Source: a virus
Strand: one strand, 5' to 3'
Length of the DNA stretch: 64,000 nucleotides
IMG/VR virus record: IMGVR_UViG_3300025502_000011
Each line of letters begins with the position of its first letter. Position 1 is the stretch's first letter. Shown here one piece after another: positions 44,578 through 55,584 of this stretch. Under the pieces are notes generated by a model. That model did not search any database. It had not been told where the DNA came from and saw only the letters and a list, made by a program, of their open reading frames with translations. Made by a program: the position numbers and the translations under genes.

Positions 44578-45045
44578 TTAATCGTTCCAATTAAGATTCG
44601 CAAAGAACTCTTTTAACTCTTCAAAGTCTTCTTTACTTGTTACATTCATTAGGCATTCCACAGCGCCTTCCTCTTTTTTGTCCATCCTCATCCCTTTGAT
44701 GCGAACATTTAAATACCTCTTTTCCAACCCTCTCTGCCTATGCGAAACCAGGTCAAACTCAAGTTCCCCATGTTTCTCAGAACTTAAACTGTAATAAGTT
44801 TCATCATAAGGCTTTGATTCAGCGGTGTCTGGAACGCTGTTAAATTGCTCCTCTGTTACTAACGATGGCTGAGACACAGGCTGTTGCTTATCGGCGACAA
44901 TTGGTTCTTGAACAACTGGTTCTTGAACAGTTTGTGATTGAATAGTTTGTGATTGAATAGTTTCTCCCAAAGAAGGTAGTTGAACCTGAGGGGGAATTCT
45001 TGGTTTAATTCTGCGAGATGGCATACCTGTACCTTTAATTTTTTG
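44578..45045 (-). CDS. Hypothetical protein with a Pro/Gln-rich N-terminus
   Basis: ORF 44578-45153; the true start is uncertain, probably near MPSRR. Confidence 0.55.
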   Translation of the reverse strand, partial: QKIKGTGMPSRRIKPRIPPQVQLPSLGETIQSQTIQSQTVQEPVVQEPIVADKQQPVSQPSLVTEEQFNSVPDTAESKPYDETYYSLSSEKHGELEFDLVSHRQRGLEKRYLNVRIKGMRMDKKEEGAVECLMNVTSKEDFEELKEFFANLNWND

Positions 45046-45097
45046 TTTCTTCTTCAAAGGTAGCACGATTATAATCAGAAAACAAATTATAATTATG

Positions 45098-45895
45098 TCA
45101 AATAGTCCTAGAATCTCTAATGTTTGTAACATGATGTCCAAAGAAATTAACATTCGGGAAAACTTCCCTAACCTTGTCTTCAGTAGTTTTTAACCAATTG
45201 GCTTTGTCCTCATAAAAATGAACTTCGTCATATTGACCTTCTTCTATCTCTTTCAAGATGACAGTGGATTTCCACTCTGGGATTCCGATTTTTCCTGCTC
45301 CTGGAAAACAATGTAAACCTCTGTTTGGATATTCTAAATTAGCCCATCGCAGTGTAATGTCTATTGCTTTTTTTAATTTTTCATCTCGGCCCGTAACAAT
45401 CATCTTGTTTTGAGCGGCATTATAAGCAGAAATGAGTTTTTCGTTTACTTTTGACCCAATAGTTGAATCGTCCTTATGAAAGCCTTTAATTTCTTTTACG
45501 GTAAGATACCCTTGTTTTTCAGTGAAAGCCCCAGGAAAGTCTCTCATTTCACTCCGTCGGACACCGTGGCGTTGAGTAAACTCTTTCGCTGGAGTTGAAT
45601 CAACCACGTCATCTATTTTATCCTGTATAATACCCATCTGGGCGCCAGGAAGAGGGCGTCCGTTTCTAGCGTCAACGACAATAATAAAATCACCTTTCAC
45701 TTGAAAAATAACATCCTTACCAAAAATCATATTGAATATATGCTTGGATTTTCGGAGTTGAGACTTATTATCAGCTCCGTCTCCAGAAACTCCAAGGTCT
45801 ATGACCCCTTTTTCGTCTGAGTCCATATACTCTGCGAATGTAGGTGTGTATGTCAGAGTGTCGTCGTAATCAAACACATCTAGTCTTTTGTTCAT
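45098..45895 (-). CDS. HAD-superfamily phosphatase-like protein
   Basis: VFDYDDTL, IVTGR, FYED motifs. Confidence 0.75.
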   Translation of the reverse strand: MNKRLDVFDYDDTLTYTPTFAEYMDSDEKGVIDLGVSGDGADNKSQLRKSKHIFNMIFGKDVIFQVKGDFIIVVDARNGRPLPGAQMGIIQDKIDDVVDSTPAKEFTQRHGVRRSEMRDFPGAFTEKQGYLTVKEIKGFHKDDSTIGSKVNEKLISAYNAAQNKMIVTGRDEKLKKAIDITLRWANLEYPNRGLHCFPGAGKIGIPEWKSTVILKEIEEGQYDEVHFYEDKANWLKTTEDKVREVFPNVNFFGHHVTNIRDSRTI

Positions 45896-45897
45896 GC

Positions 45898-45926
45898 GTA
45901 ACTTTTTTTACTCATCTTCGTACATA
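45898..45926 (+). promoter_or_regulatory. Bipartite phage promoter motif (plus strand)
   Basis: GTAAC-N16-CGTACATA upstream of the plus-strand ORF. Confidence 0.65.
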
Positions 45927-45932
45927 TATAAG

Positions 45933-46349
45933 ATGAAGCTATTTTTAATAAAATTTAAGAGTATAGACAACGAAAAAGAGGTCTATGATAAGCTTTTTGA
46001 GCTAGCTGACGGCAGGTCTTTTATACCGTTGGACTCTACTACTTTTATATTATTGGCTAATAGAACTAAAAAAACTGTCCTTCATACCTTAAAGTTTGAA
46101 TTAGAGCCAGGATTTTTATTAGTTGACATCTCCGAAAATAACATAGAAGATTTCTTTGTCGATAACAGCTTTGACCAAACTCATCTCCATAATTTCATTG
46201 AAGAGTATCATAATGAGCGTGACAAATGTAGTTCAAATTCAAGCAAGACTCTATCTGAGCTTGATATTATTTTAGATAAAATCAGTGCCCATGGAATTGA
46301 CGAGCTGACATGGAGAGAGAGAAAGCGCTTAGAAGAATTGTCTAATTAA
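45933..46349 (+). CDS. Hypothetical protein
   Basis: C-terminal LDIILDKIS..GI..LT..E...L motif. Confidence 0.65.
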   Translation: MKLFLIKFKSIDNEKEVYDKLFELADGRSFIPLDSTTFILLANRTKKTVLHTLKFELEPGFLLVDISENNIEDFFVDNSFDQTHLHNFIEEYHNERDKCSSNSSKTLSELDIILDKISAHGIDELTWRERKRLEELSN

Positions 46350-46750
46350 ACCTTTAACTTCATGTCTGGGGTGTGAAAGTTTTTCTTTCGCATGATTGTT
46401 TGATTAACTAATTCATACTGGCCCTTCCCAGTTTTGTTTAATGCGAATGGGATATTGATATTGGAATTTAAATCAATAATAACCGCTTCTGTTCCTTTTT
46501 TAAAATTTGGAATCTTCTGCCCATATTTTCTATAAGTCTTTGTGAATAAATCTACTAGCTCTTGAGATTCAATCTCTTTACCATTCCTTGGGTCGTTGAG
46601 TCTATCAACGAAGTGGTGGGTGAACTCTATGTCTACCCCAACATCTCTGAATAAGTCATCAGCATAATCCTCTACTTGGTTTAAGTCTTTCTGAGTCATA
46701 AACTCCATTAAGTAACCTCTAACCGTGTGTCTCAAATGTTCTAAGTCCAT
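46346..46750 (-). CDS. Conserved phage protein with a head-targeting-type leader
   Basis: HFVDRLNDPRN motif; leader MDLEHLRHTVRGYLME. Confidence 0.65.
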   Translation of the reverse strand: MDLEHLRHTVRGYLMEFMTQKDLNQVEDYADDLFRDVGVDIEFTHHFVDRLNDPRNGKEIESQELVDLFTKTYRKYGQKIPNFKKGTEAVIIDLNSNINIPFALNKTGKGQYELVNQTIMRKKNFHTPDMKLKV

Positions 46751-47052
46751 TAGTAAAGTGTTTTGTATTTGAGTATCTTTTGCATCGCTACAGCGTCCAG
46801 CACAAGGCCTTCTCCATTTTGCAGTGTAAGCGTGTATTGTTTGCTGATTGCATCCTCTAAAGTCTCAAAACTTAACCTGGTTCCATCGATGGAAAATCCT
46901 CTTTCTGAATATACCACTGCAAACGGTGATTCTGTTTGAGAATCAAACTGAACAACTGTCTCAGGTTTCCTAGCTTGCTGCTGTGGGACTTGTGGAGGCA
47001 TTTGAGAAAGCGCCTCTTTCACCAACTTTAATATATGCGTTGCTTTGTCCAT
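46750..47052 (-). CDS. Hypothetical protein
   Basis: 100 aa; CTATTTATT motif upstream. Confidence 0.6.
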   Translation of the reverse strand: MDKATHILKLVKEALSQMPPQVPQQQARKPETVVQFDSQTESPFAVVYSERGFSIDGTRLSFETLEDAISKQYTLTLQNGEGLVLDAVAMQKILKYKTLY

Positions 47053-47155
47053 TTAATAGCTTTTCAATAAATAGGTAAAGAAAAACGCCTGGCGGTAGAG
47101 CTCAGGCGTCTTCATTAATGAGAAACAAACAATAATTATGGCAACAAATATTGAT

Positions 47156-47407
47156 TTATTCTTTTTCTGGTTTATCAAAATCAGGAACAAACTCTTCTCC
47201 TCCAGTTTGCTGATTACGTGCTGATTTCATGAATTCAGAAAATTGCATGAATTCTTTCTCTTCTTTCCCTTTCTTTCTAGCAAGCTTATTAGAGTATCCA
47301 ACGCTTCTTGCTTTTTGTTCAGCAACAGTTCTTTTTTTGCCAGCCTTCTTAGAGTGGTGTTTTTTGTACTTGGCTATGTTTTTCATCTTTTTCATTGCTT
47401 CATTGTT
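47156..47407 (-). CDS. Small basic protein
   Basis: Lys-rich MKNIAKYKKHHSKK; start uncertain. Confidence 0.5.
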   Translation of the reverse strand, partial: NNEAMKKMKNIAKYKKHHSKKAGKKRTVAEQKARSVGYSNKLARKKGKEEKEFMQFSEFMKSARNQQTGGEEFVPDFDKPEKE

Positions 47408-47462
47408 ATGGAATAATATGAGAGCACTTAAATCAAATCCAAAGCATAAACCAAAATTATCC

Positions 47463-47807
47463 TTAACATACGCAATCTCCACCGCATCCTCCGTCTCCTA
47501 AATCGTTGTTACAGGTGGATGGCGGTGTTGGGTTGTACGGGGTGCCTGTGTTGTTTGTGATGTACGAATTAGGGATGCTAAAGATGTGGGGAAGCTCTAG
47601 GCCCAAATCTTCAAGAAGCTTTACAGATTTTTGAGCAGCTAGAGTTTCTTTTAAAACCCAATCGACTCCTATTCCTTGTTCGTCAGAATAATCTGTGTTG
47701 TCTTGGATTTTGTAGGCAAACTTTGATATTTCAATAACCTTCCATTCTTGAATATCTCCTTCCTCTTCTATCACAAGGTATCTGTGATTTAATTTTAGGT
47801 TTTTCAT
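47463..47807 (-). CDS. Hypothetical protein
   Basis: 114-aa ORF. Confidence 0.55.
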   Translation of the reverse strand: MKNLKLNHRYLVIEEEGDIQEWKVIEISKFAYKIQDNTDYSDEQGIGVDWVLKETLAAQKSVKLLEDLGLELPHIFSIPNSYITNNTGTPYNPTPPSTCNNDLGDGGCGGDCVC

Positions 47808-47947
47808 GTTTTTTTACTTTTAATTATATTGATATAATATTAATTCTTCTTGCAAATAACATCAAGATGTTATTTGCAGAGCATGGAGAATTTTTTTTAA
47901 TTATAAAAAAAGACCCCCACTAAGGAAGGTCTTTTTATACATCAAAA

Positions 47948-48598
47948 TTATGCTCCACAGCCAAAGCAATCAAAATCGCTTTCTTCTGGTCTAGCAGGTA
48001 GGTCATCGTAATCAGCTGTTGGTTCGTCTAATTGTTCTTCTTGCGCTTTTTTTGTCACAGTAAACTGAATAGCATCTGCAGCAGGCTTTGTCCGTAAGTA
48101 ATACATTCCAGTCTTAAGTCCTTTGTTCCATCCATAGAAGTGCATTGAGGTTAATTTTTGAAAATCTGGTTCGTCAATAAACACATTCATAGACTGACTT
48201 TGACAAATAAATGCACCTCTATCTGCTGCCATGTCAAGAATATTTTTCTGCTTAATCTCCCAAACAGTTTTGTAAACATCCTGGATATCTTCTGGAATCT
48301 CATCGATTCCTTGGACAGAGCCTCTGTTAGCGATGATTTTATTTCTAAGATTAAAGTCCCAGATTTTCAATTCGATTAATCTTTCAACCAAGTGAGGGTT
48401 CACCAATACAAAGTTTCCAGAAAGAACTTTACGCTCGTAAATGTTTGAAGTAAAAGGCTCAAAACATTCGTTGTTTCCTAGGATTTGTGCTGTGTTATGA
48501 CTTACGCATCCGTTCCCCATTATGTAATGCTCCTCTCCTGGTACCGCTAAATCCCATGTAGGCTTTACTTTGCTTGGTGTTATTTTTTTTACTTTCAT
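47948..48598 (-). CDS. nrdA: Ribonucleotide reductase class Ia alpha, C-terminal fragment fused to a split-intein C-half (35 aa)
   Basis: MKVKKI...TWDLAV...[12 protein letters not shown]|[13 protein letters not shown]...[11 protein letters not shown]...CFGCGA. Confidence 0.93.
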   Translation of the reverse strand: MKVKKITPSKVKPTWDLAVPGEEHYIMGNGCVSHNTAQILGNNECFEPFTSNIYERKVLSGNFVLVNPHLVERLIELKIWDFNLRNKIIANRGSVQGIDEIPEDIQDVYKTVWEIKQKNILDMAADRGAFICQSQSMNVFIDEPDFQKLTSMHFYGWNKGLKTGMYYLRTKPAADAIQFTVTKKAQEEQLDEPTADYDDLPARPEESDFDCFGCGA

Positions 48599-49863
48599 TT
48601 TATATTGTTTTTAAGAAGAAAGTCTTCTACTTTCTCGTTGTTTACCTCTTTAGTTGAGCTGCTCCAAAGCTCTAAATATTTATACCCTTTCTCTAAAGCT
48701 AAGTCCTTCTTTCTCTGGTCTATGTTGTGTATTTCATCTGCAGACATTTTAACTCTATTAATACCTGAGCCTTTTAATCTCCAAGATTCCCAATTTTTCC
48801 ACTCCTCCTTACTTAGCCTTTCTGGGTTTGGATGATATCTTTCGCCATGATACTCAATTATGATTTTTCGCTCAGGAATAGAAAAATCATAAAACCTCAT
48901 GCAAGCGGAGTATTCGTCGTAAATACCTAACTCCTTACTCTCATCTATACCCACAAGTACTTCGAGTTCGCTTGAAAACTTATCAAACAGCGGTTGAAAA
49001 AACACAAGACTCTCTTTAGAAGCTCTTCCGAAATGTACTTGTTTCTTTAAAAAAATCTGCTCCACTTTGTTAATCGATTCTTTCTTTGACAAGCCTTTTG
49101 ATATCCAATAATCCACTGAAGAGGTGTTTAAATTTTCTGTATGAAACTTTTTTCTCATCTCTTCCGCATCCTCCTTGCTATATCCTTTATTAATCCAGTG
49201 TTTAGAAGTGAATACGCTTGTTTCTTTTTTTGCATCAACGTACTTATCCCACATATCTTTACCTTTATCTTCTCCGTGCTGTTGAATATACTTTTCTTTC
49301 GTGTGCTTTGAAGAATCTTGAAACTCTTTAAACAAGCTCAACCCTTTCTTTTCTCCATGTCTTTCTATAAAACCTTTCTCAGACGTTGCTTTGGAAGATT
49401 TGAAATTATCAATCTCAACCAGTGCTTCTTTCTCTGAAAAGCCCTTCTCAACCCAGTACTCCACTTTATAAGGAGTAACCCTGCTGCTGTAGGCATTTTC
49501 TTTTTTAATATTACCTAGCTCTAAACCCCATTTTAAATGGTAAAACTTATCTGAGTTAGAATCTGTCTTATTGGTTAATCTATACTTTACATATTTTTTA
49601 AACCTTTCTCCATCAAAACTCTCAGACAACTCTTTTATGTTATCCCTTACTTTATGGCCAGGCATTTCTTTGCTTTGAATTACTTCAAAAGCAGAAATAA
49701 AGTGACTCACATCTAAGGACTCATGCATTTTAATTAATGCATACCCTGCCTTGATGTTGTCAAATATTAATTTGTCCATTTCAATGTTTGAGTTTCTTCT
49801 GAAAAAATCAGATACCCCCTTTAAAGTTCTTATCTCTGTATTATTAATTTTAAACCTATCCAT
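48595..49863 (-). CDS. Free-standing homing endonuclease (Vsr/PD-(D/E)xK-like) between the nrdA halves
   Basis: Repeated YW..KG.S..EA units; C-terminal FYDF....[10 protein letters not shown]...D..K...A...GY. Confidence 0.8.
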   Translation of the reverse strand: MDRFKINNTEIRTLKGVSDFFRRNSNIEMDKLIFDNIKAGYALIKMHESLDVSHFISAFEVIQSKEMPGHKVRDNIKELSESFDGERFKKYVKYRLTNKTDSNSDKFYHLKWGLELGNIKKENAYSSRVTPYKVEYWVEKGFSEKEALVEIDNFKSSKATSEKGFIERHGEKKGLSLFKEFQDSSKHTKEKYIQQHGEDKGKDMWDKYVDAKKETSVFTSKHWINKGYSKEDAEEMRKKFHTENLNTSSVDYWISKGLSKKESINKVEQIFLKKQVHFGRASKESLVFFQPLFDKFSSELEVLVGIDESKELGIYDEYSACMRFYDFSIPERKIIIEYHGERYHPNPERLSKEEWKNWESWRLKGSGINRVKMSADEIHNIDQRKKDLALEKGYKYLELWSSSTKEVNNEKVEDFLLKNNIK

Positions 49864-49894
49864 TCTGTGCTATTTATTAATAAATAGCACAGAA
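49863..49894. promoter_or_regulatory. Perfect 32-bp palindrome covering the endonuclease initiation region
   Basis: TTCTGTGCTATTTATTAATAAATAGCACAGAA is its own reverse complement. Confidence 0.85.
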
Positions 49895-49920
49895 CTTTAG
49901 GCTGTCATGCCAGACGCAAC

Positions 49921-52137
49921 TTAGTTTTCAATTAGTTCTTCACATTTAATAGTTAGAATATCATCGTCTTCTTTTAACTCATTTACATAAACCCACTCAT
50001 CTCCTGTAGTTCGACTCACAAGAAATCTATGATTTCCCGTAGCCTCCATTGTAGACCCATCTTCCATTTCTATATGGTAGACCTGCTTATGCCCATTGTA
50101 GTACATCTTATCAGTTTCAACCTCTCCATTCATCGTGTCAACAATAACTGACTCTTTAAGAGTAATCCAATGTGGAGCATCAACCGACTCAATAGTTTTC
50201 CAATCAATTCCACTTTGTTCTAAAATAGATTTGAAATTATTCACTTTTCCTTGGCTAAAGAACTCAGTGTCAATTACTTGACAACTTGCTGTAGGCATTG
50301 GAGCCAACAGCAGAGAGTTTCTAGCTCCAAACTCTTTCACTTTGTCCTTTAGACCATTCCAGTCCAAATTTAGATTCGGTGAGAGCTGAGACTCTTCCCA
50401 GTAATCAAACTGGAAAATGCCTTTGCTTAGGTCTGAGCCTGGGAACGTTTCATATGCTCCATCTTTCATAGCTTCCTCCATAGAGGCCTCCATAGAAGCG
50501 AAGTAAATCATTTCGAAGATTTCCCTATTAAGTTGCTTTGCTACCTCCGAATCGAATGCCACGTGCATCTTAGCGAACACATCGGCTAAACCTTGAACAC
50601 CAATGCCAATTGGTCTGTGACGTAGGTTTGATTTCTTAGCCTCCACAACTGGGTAGAAATTTCGGTCGATAACCTTGTTAAGGTTTTTTGTGACCACCTT
50701 TGTAACCTCATATAGCTTATCAAAATCAAACTCGTACACTTTCTTGCTTGGGGTCTTAGCTGTGTTTGTTTGCTTCAAATACATTGGCAACGCAATAGAT
50801 GCAAGATTACAAACAGCTACTTCATCTGGAGAAGTGTACTCCATAATTTCTGTACAGAGATTAGAGGACTTGATTGTTCCCAAGTGCTTTTGATTAGATT
50901 TATGGTTAGCGGCATCCTTGTAAAGCATGTATGGAGTTCCTGTTTCAATTTGAGATTCAAGAATCTTGAACCAAATGTCTTGAGCAGGGATTGTCTCACG
51001 CCCTTTGCCTTGCCTCTCATATTTGGTGTACAACTTCTCAAAGTCATCTCCATAGCAGTCTGAAAGCCCAGGGCACTCGTTAGGGTCCATTAAAGTCCAG
51101 CTTGCGCCTTCATCAACTCGTTTCATAAACAAGTCTGGAATCCACATCGCGTAAAACAAATCTCTCGCACGCATCTCTTCTTTTCCTGTGTTCTTTTTCA
51201 AATTAAGAAACTCGCGTATGTCTGCATGCCAAGGCTCTAAGTAGATTGCAAAAGAACCTTTTCGTTTTCCTCCACCCTGGTCAACATAACGAGCTGTGTC
51301 GTTAAAGTTTCTAAGCATTGGAACAATTCCATTAGAGGTTCCGTTGGTTCCTTTAATATAAGAGCCTTTGGCTCTTATGTTGTGAATGCTCAACCCTATC
51401 CCTCCAGCTGATTGTGAAATCAATGCACACTGCTTTAAAGTGTCATATATTCCATCAATAGAATCATCTTTCATCGTTAACAGGAAACAGGAAGACATTT
51501 GCGGTTTTGGAGTCCCTGCATTAAACAATGTAGGTGTTGCATGAGTAAAATACTTCATGGATAATAAATCATAAGTCTCTATAGCTTTGTCAATATCATC
51601 CATGTGAATACCTACTGCAACGCGCATAAAAAGATGTTGAGGCCTTTCTGCTGGTGTTCCATGAGTCTTAAGAAGATACGAGCGTTTCATTGTCATGAAT
51701 CCAAAATAGTCAAGCTGAAAATCTCGGTCTTGAATGATTGCCCCATTAAGTCTTGCACTGTTTTTTTTCACCACCGCATAGGCTTCCTCGCTAATAAGCG
51801 GTGCTGGTGCTTTTGTGATTGGGTCGACATACTCGTAGAGGTCTTTTATTGTCTGAGAAAACAATTTCTTTGTTTCCTTGTGAAGTGAAGTAATGGCTAT
51901 TCTGGCTGCCAACTTTGAGTAATCTGGATGTGTTGTAACAAGAACGGCTGCCTTCTGAGCTGCTAATTCATCTAATTGCGTTGTTGATACACCGTCGAAT
52001 ATTCCTTGAATAACTTTTTGGGCTACTTCTGAATAATTAACTGCCTCCGATAAATCATAGCATTGCTTTTTAATTCTAGCAGCTATCTTATCAAACCTAA
52101 CTTCTTCCTTAGAGCCGTTGCGTTTAGTAACTTGCAT
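49921..52137 (-). CDS. nrdA: Ribonucleotide reductase class Ia alpha, N-terminal fragment (618 aa) fused to a split-intein N-half (120 aa)
   Basis: ATP cone, [36 protein letters not shown]|CQVIDT...ATGNHRFL. Confidence 0.95.
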   Translation of the reverse strand: MQVTKRNGSKEEVRFDKIAARIKKQCYDLSEAVNYSEVAQKVIQGIFDGVSTTQLDELAAQKAAVLVTTHPDYSKLAARIAITSLHKETKKLFSQTIKDLYEYVDPITKAPAPLISEEAYAVVKKNSARLNGAIIQDRDFQLDYFGFMTMKRSYLLKTHGTPAERPQHLFMRVAVGIHMDDIDKAIETYDLLSMKYFTHATPTLFNAGTPKPQMSSCFLLTMKDDSIDGIYDTLKQCALISQSAGGIGLSIHNIRAKGSYIKGTNGTSNGIVPMLRNFNDTARYVDQGGGKRKGSFAIYLEPWHADIREFLNLKKNTGKEEMRARDLFYAMWIPDLFMKRVDEGASWTLMDPNECPGLSDCYGDDFEKLYTKYERQGKGRETIPAQDIWFKILESQIETGTPYMLYKDAANHKSNQKHLGTIKSSNLCTEIMEYTSPDEVAVCNLASIALPMYLKQTNTAKTPSKKVYEFDFDKLYEVTKVVTKNLNKVIDRNFYPVVEAKKSNLRHRPIGIGVQGLADVFAKMHVAFDSEVAKQLNREIFEMIYFASMEASMEEAMKDGAYETFPGSDLSKGIFQFDYWEESQLSPNLNLDWNGLKDKVKEFGARNSLLLAPMPTASCQVIDTEFFSQGKVNNFKSILEQSGIDWKTIESVDAPHWITLKESVIVDTMNGEVETDKMYYNGHKQVYHIEMEDGSTMEATGNHRFLVSRTTGDEWVYVNELKEDDDILTIKCEELIEN

Positions 52138-52221
52138 GTTTTGATTGTTATGTTGTAAAAAAAAAGAATAAGAGCCCCTATCCGATACTGCCCATATCGG
52201 TTAAGTATAGGGGCTTTTACT

Positions 52222-53211
52222 TTAAAAATCTGCGTCTTTGCTGAATGTCCTGGAGGATTTCCCACTGGCAACTCCAGGCTTTGCGTATTCACCGACTCGC
52301 CCTTCGAAGAAATTTGTTTTTGTGTCCACAGAAATCTTTTCCATGAAGTCAAACGGATTGATTGCATTATATTGTTTTGGACAGTTGAACTCGACAAGTA
52401 ATCGGTCTGCCACAAACTCAATATAACTTTGCATCTGAAGAGCATTCATCCCTAAAAGACTCACTGGTAATGCATCTGTCACGAATTCTTTCTCTATATT
52501 GACAGCATCTTTAATGATTTCAATGATTTCATCTTTAGAAATCTTGTTCACTAAGTGTTTGTTGAAAATGTGTACAGCAAAATCACAGTGCAATCCTTCA
52601 TCTCTGGAAATTAGCTCGTTTGAAAAAGCTAACCCTGGCATTAATCCTCGGTCTTTTAACCAAAAAATAGAGCAAAAGCTTCCTGAAAAGAAAATGCCCT
52701 CGACTGCTGCAAACGCAACTAATCTTTGAGCAAATGTCCCTTCATCAATCCATTTTAAAGCCCATTCAGCTTTCTTGCGAACACAGTCAAGAGTTTCTAT
52801 CGCTCTAAAGAGCTTGTCTTTCTCGTTGCCGTCTTTAACGTAGGTATCGATTAATAGGGAATATGTTTCCGAGTGTACGTTCTCCATTGCTATTTGGAAT
52901 CCGTAGAAGAACTTAGCCTCTGGATATTGAACCTCTGAAAGGAAGTTCTCTGCCAAATTCTCGTTTACAATTCCATCACTAGCTGCAAAAAAAGCAAGAA
53001 CATGCTTAATGAAATGACGCTCATTATCGTTTAATTTATCATTCCAATCTACAAGGTCGGCCTCTAAATCAATTTCTTCAGCCGTCCATATACACGCCTG
53101 TTGTTGTTTATAGTGTTGCCAAATATCATTGTGTTGAATCGGAAAAATCACAAAGCGGTTTGGATTTTCTTGTAAAATAGGCTCTATCCTATCAAGCGTC
53201 TTTTCACTCAT
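52222..53211 (-). CDS. nrdB: Ribonucleotide reductase class Ia beta subunit
   Basis: [44 protein letters not shown]. Confidence 0.96.
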   Translation of the reverse strand: MSEKTLDRIEPILQENPNRFVIFPIQHNDIWQHYKQQQACIWTAEEIDLEADLVDWNDKLNDNERHFIKHVLAFFAASDGIVNENLAENFLSEVQYPEAKFFYGFQIAMENVHSETYSLLIDTYVKDGNEKDKLFRAIETLDCVRKKAEWALKWIDEGTFAQRLVAFAAVEGIFFSGSFCSIFWLKDRGLMPGLAFSNELISRDEGLHCDFAVHIFNKHLVNKISKDEIIEIIKDAVNIEKEFVTDALPVSLLGMNALQMQSYIEFVADRLLVEFNCPKQYNAINPFDFMEKISVDTKTNFFEGRVGEYAKPGVASGKSSRTFSKDADF

Positions 53212-53379
53212 AGTAATTAAATTTTAGTCTTTAAGAATTATTAATACTCAATCCGAAAACCAGTTGAGTTTTTGGGGGGCCTTTCTAAATATGGCTTCTT
53301 TTTACTAAGTCGGGCTTAGTTTTTTCACATCGTCATTTAGCCCTTATAAACGACAATAAAAGCAGCTAAATAAGTTTTT

Positions 53380-55584
53380 TTATTCCTCACCAAAGGAATC
53401 ATAGTCTTCAAAATCTTCTGGGTCCCAGTCGTTCGTGTCCAAACCGAGCTCGCCTTCTAGTTGTTGACTTTCTTTTTCGTTTCTCGCGGTCGATTCTGAG
53501 TCACTTCTCTCTTCTTCTTGCTGTTGAAAAGCTGACCAATCATTCTCAGAAACTTTCGTCTCAGGGTTTGACATAGACTCGTGGTGAACATACTCTTTAT
53601 CGAACGGAGTGTAAATTTCCTTTGCATCAACACTTGAGTCCTCATAACTGTGGTCTAGCTTTTCTTCATGATACCTAGCTGTTTCAATATTGTAAATCAA
53701 ATTTGCCGTACCTGGGCGACCAATGAGTTTCTGCTTCTTAATTTTTTGAGACACAAACTGTACAAGCCCAGGATGTCGGAACGTGTCGAAGTGTGCTTCA
53801 TTTCCTTGGGTGCGTCTAGCTCTCAGTCTTGAGAGGTAATATGGCTGATACGTTGCAAGCAAGTTATCTACTTTATTGCTCCACATTGCTCCACCAGCCA
53901 AGTTGTACTGGTCAGGAAGCTGATGGTTTCCTGCGTTCATCAAATCGTCGGTCTGATTGCGGTCAGTAACTTTCTCAATGTTTCCTTTAGGGTGACAAAC
54001 GATAATTTTGTATATGTTGTGGTCCAGAGCGAATCTTTTTTCCTTGCTCAGGTACACTCCGATATATTGGTCGTCTCTACCTCCTGCTGATGCCCAGTCA
54101 TTATCCAACTGGTTAAATGGGTCAGTCATGCACCCCTTGATGTCATGCTTGATAATTAGTTCTTCAAACCTGTCATTAATGTATCGTGGAGTCGGAGTGT
54201 CGTCCTTTGGGTACACAAAGTAAAAGTGCTCCATCATAAAATCAATTCCACGGTTGTACTCCGCAAGTGTCATTTGATTAGGGTGATAATGCTCTGTGGA
54301 CTGCCCTACATACATATGTATTAAGTCTTTATAGAAGTCAATAGGAGGGTTTTGCTCTGGTGAGAAAATGCCCCATTTTGTTCCTTCTTTAAAGCTTTTA
54401 ATAAGCATTAGTTGGAGCATTAGTGTGGTTTTACCGTGATTAGGTATTCCGTGCATAATGTTCACCTCTCCTAGCTTCCACCTCCAGTGTGGGTCAATAG
54501 AATTAAAGTAAGTGGTCTCTCCTTTCGCATCTCCTTTGATGTAGGACTGAACCATCGCCTCCCTGATATCTTTCAAGTATATTACGTCACGCGCTGGCGA
54601 TTCTGGGTCAAAGTCGCTCATCTCACCTTCTTGGGTGAAAAAAGAGTTTTCGTGCTGATTAGCATACGTAATATAAACCCTCTTTACAATCTCTCTAAAG
54701 TCTCTTGAGTCAACAGAAGATGCCCTGGGTTGGTAATCCTCGATTAGGTTTTCGATGACAAAATCCATCTTTAACCCAAATCTATTACAGGCTGAAGCTA
54801 TGTAAACTAAAAATTTATGCTTGTTTCCGTCTCCATAATCATTTGTCCTGTCTGCCCACGCTTTTACTCGACGATAAACTTCACGTCGGTCTGAAAGTTT
54901 TGTTCCGTCTTTAGAGAACTCAGTGACCACTGGTTTCTCTTTAATCATGATATCAAACACCTTACTATCTGGATTCACAAATAGATTTGGGTCATAGCTC
55001 TCATAGCATAACCTCGAAATATCTTTCAAATCATCCCAACCTTCAAAGTCGTCCATCTTAAAGTACATTCGAAGTGCTTCGAAATACTTACTATAGTCGC
55101 TTATTACTGCTGGGATTTTTATCAGCACTTTGATACCATCTCCACTTGGAGAGCGGAAATAGGCGTATGTATACGAATCCTTCTCTAATGCCCCTGTCCA
55201 CTTCTCGTAGTGTTCTATGTGGTCAAAATCAAGGCAAATTAATCCTGCAGATTCCTGGATTGCATCGTTCGCTCTCCATTTAAACTTTCCCGAAAAAGAG
55301 TACGCTGGCAGATTCTTTTTAAGAGTGCTTCGCTGCTCTTTAAATTCCTCAGTGATTGGAAGCGCTCTTAGACCTTCAATCCACTCTTTTGAATGACCAG
55401 ACTTTATTCTCTCCAATGCTTTCGTTACATCAATGTGATGTGGGTTTTTCGAGTCGAAAGTGTTTTTGTAAATTGTTATAGTTCTTGTCCCTACTTCATG
55501 ATTCTTCTTGTCCATCTGTATCTTTTCGTTGCGTTGCTGTTCCATAATAGTTCCCGATTGTCCATTTTCGAGAACTGTGCCCAT
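53380..55584 (-). CDS. Primase-helicase (VirE-N/BT4734-like plus PriCT plus DnaB/Twinkle-like helicase)
   Basis: KKNLPAYSFSG, LICLDFD, SPSGDGIK, D.SRLCYESYD, HGIPNHGKTT, DPFNQL, HP.G, GGAMW.NK.DN. Confidence 0.85.
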   Translation of the reverse strand: MGTVLENGQSGTIMEQQRNEKIQMDKKNHEVGTRTITIYKNTFDSKNPHHIDVTKALERIKSGHSKEWIEGLRALPITEEFKEQRSTLKKNLPAYSFSGKFKWRANDAIQESAGLICLDFDHIEHYEKWTGALEKDSYTYAYFRSPSGDGIKVLIKIPAVISDYSKYFEALRMYFKMDDFEGWDDLKDISRLCYESYDPNLFVNPDSKVFDIMIKEKPVVTEFSKDGTKLSDRREVYRRVKAWADRTNDYGDGNKHKFLVYIASACNRFGLKMDFVIENLIEDYQPRASSVDSRDFREIVKRVYITYANQHENSFFTQEGEMSDFDPESPARDVIYLKDIREAMVQSYIKGDAKGETTYFNSIDPHWRWKLGEVNIMHGIPNHGKTTLMLQLMLIKSFKEGTKWGIFSPEQNPPIDFYKDLIHMYVGQSTEHYHPNQMTLAEYNRGIDFMMEHFYFVYPKDDTPTPRYINDRFEELIIKHDIKGCMTDPFNQLDNDWASAGGRDDQYIGVYLSKEKRFALDHNIYKIIVCHPKGNIEKVTDRNQTDDLMNAGNHQLPDQYNLAGGAMWSNKVDNLLATYQPYYLSRLRARRTQGNEAHFDTFRHPGLVQFVSQKIKKQKLIGRPGTANLIYNIETARYHEEKLDHSYEDSSVDAKEIYTPFDKEYVHHESMSNPETKVSENDWSAFQQQEEERSDSESTARNEKESQQLEGELGLDTNDWDPEDFEDYDSFGEE

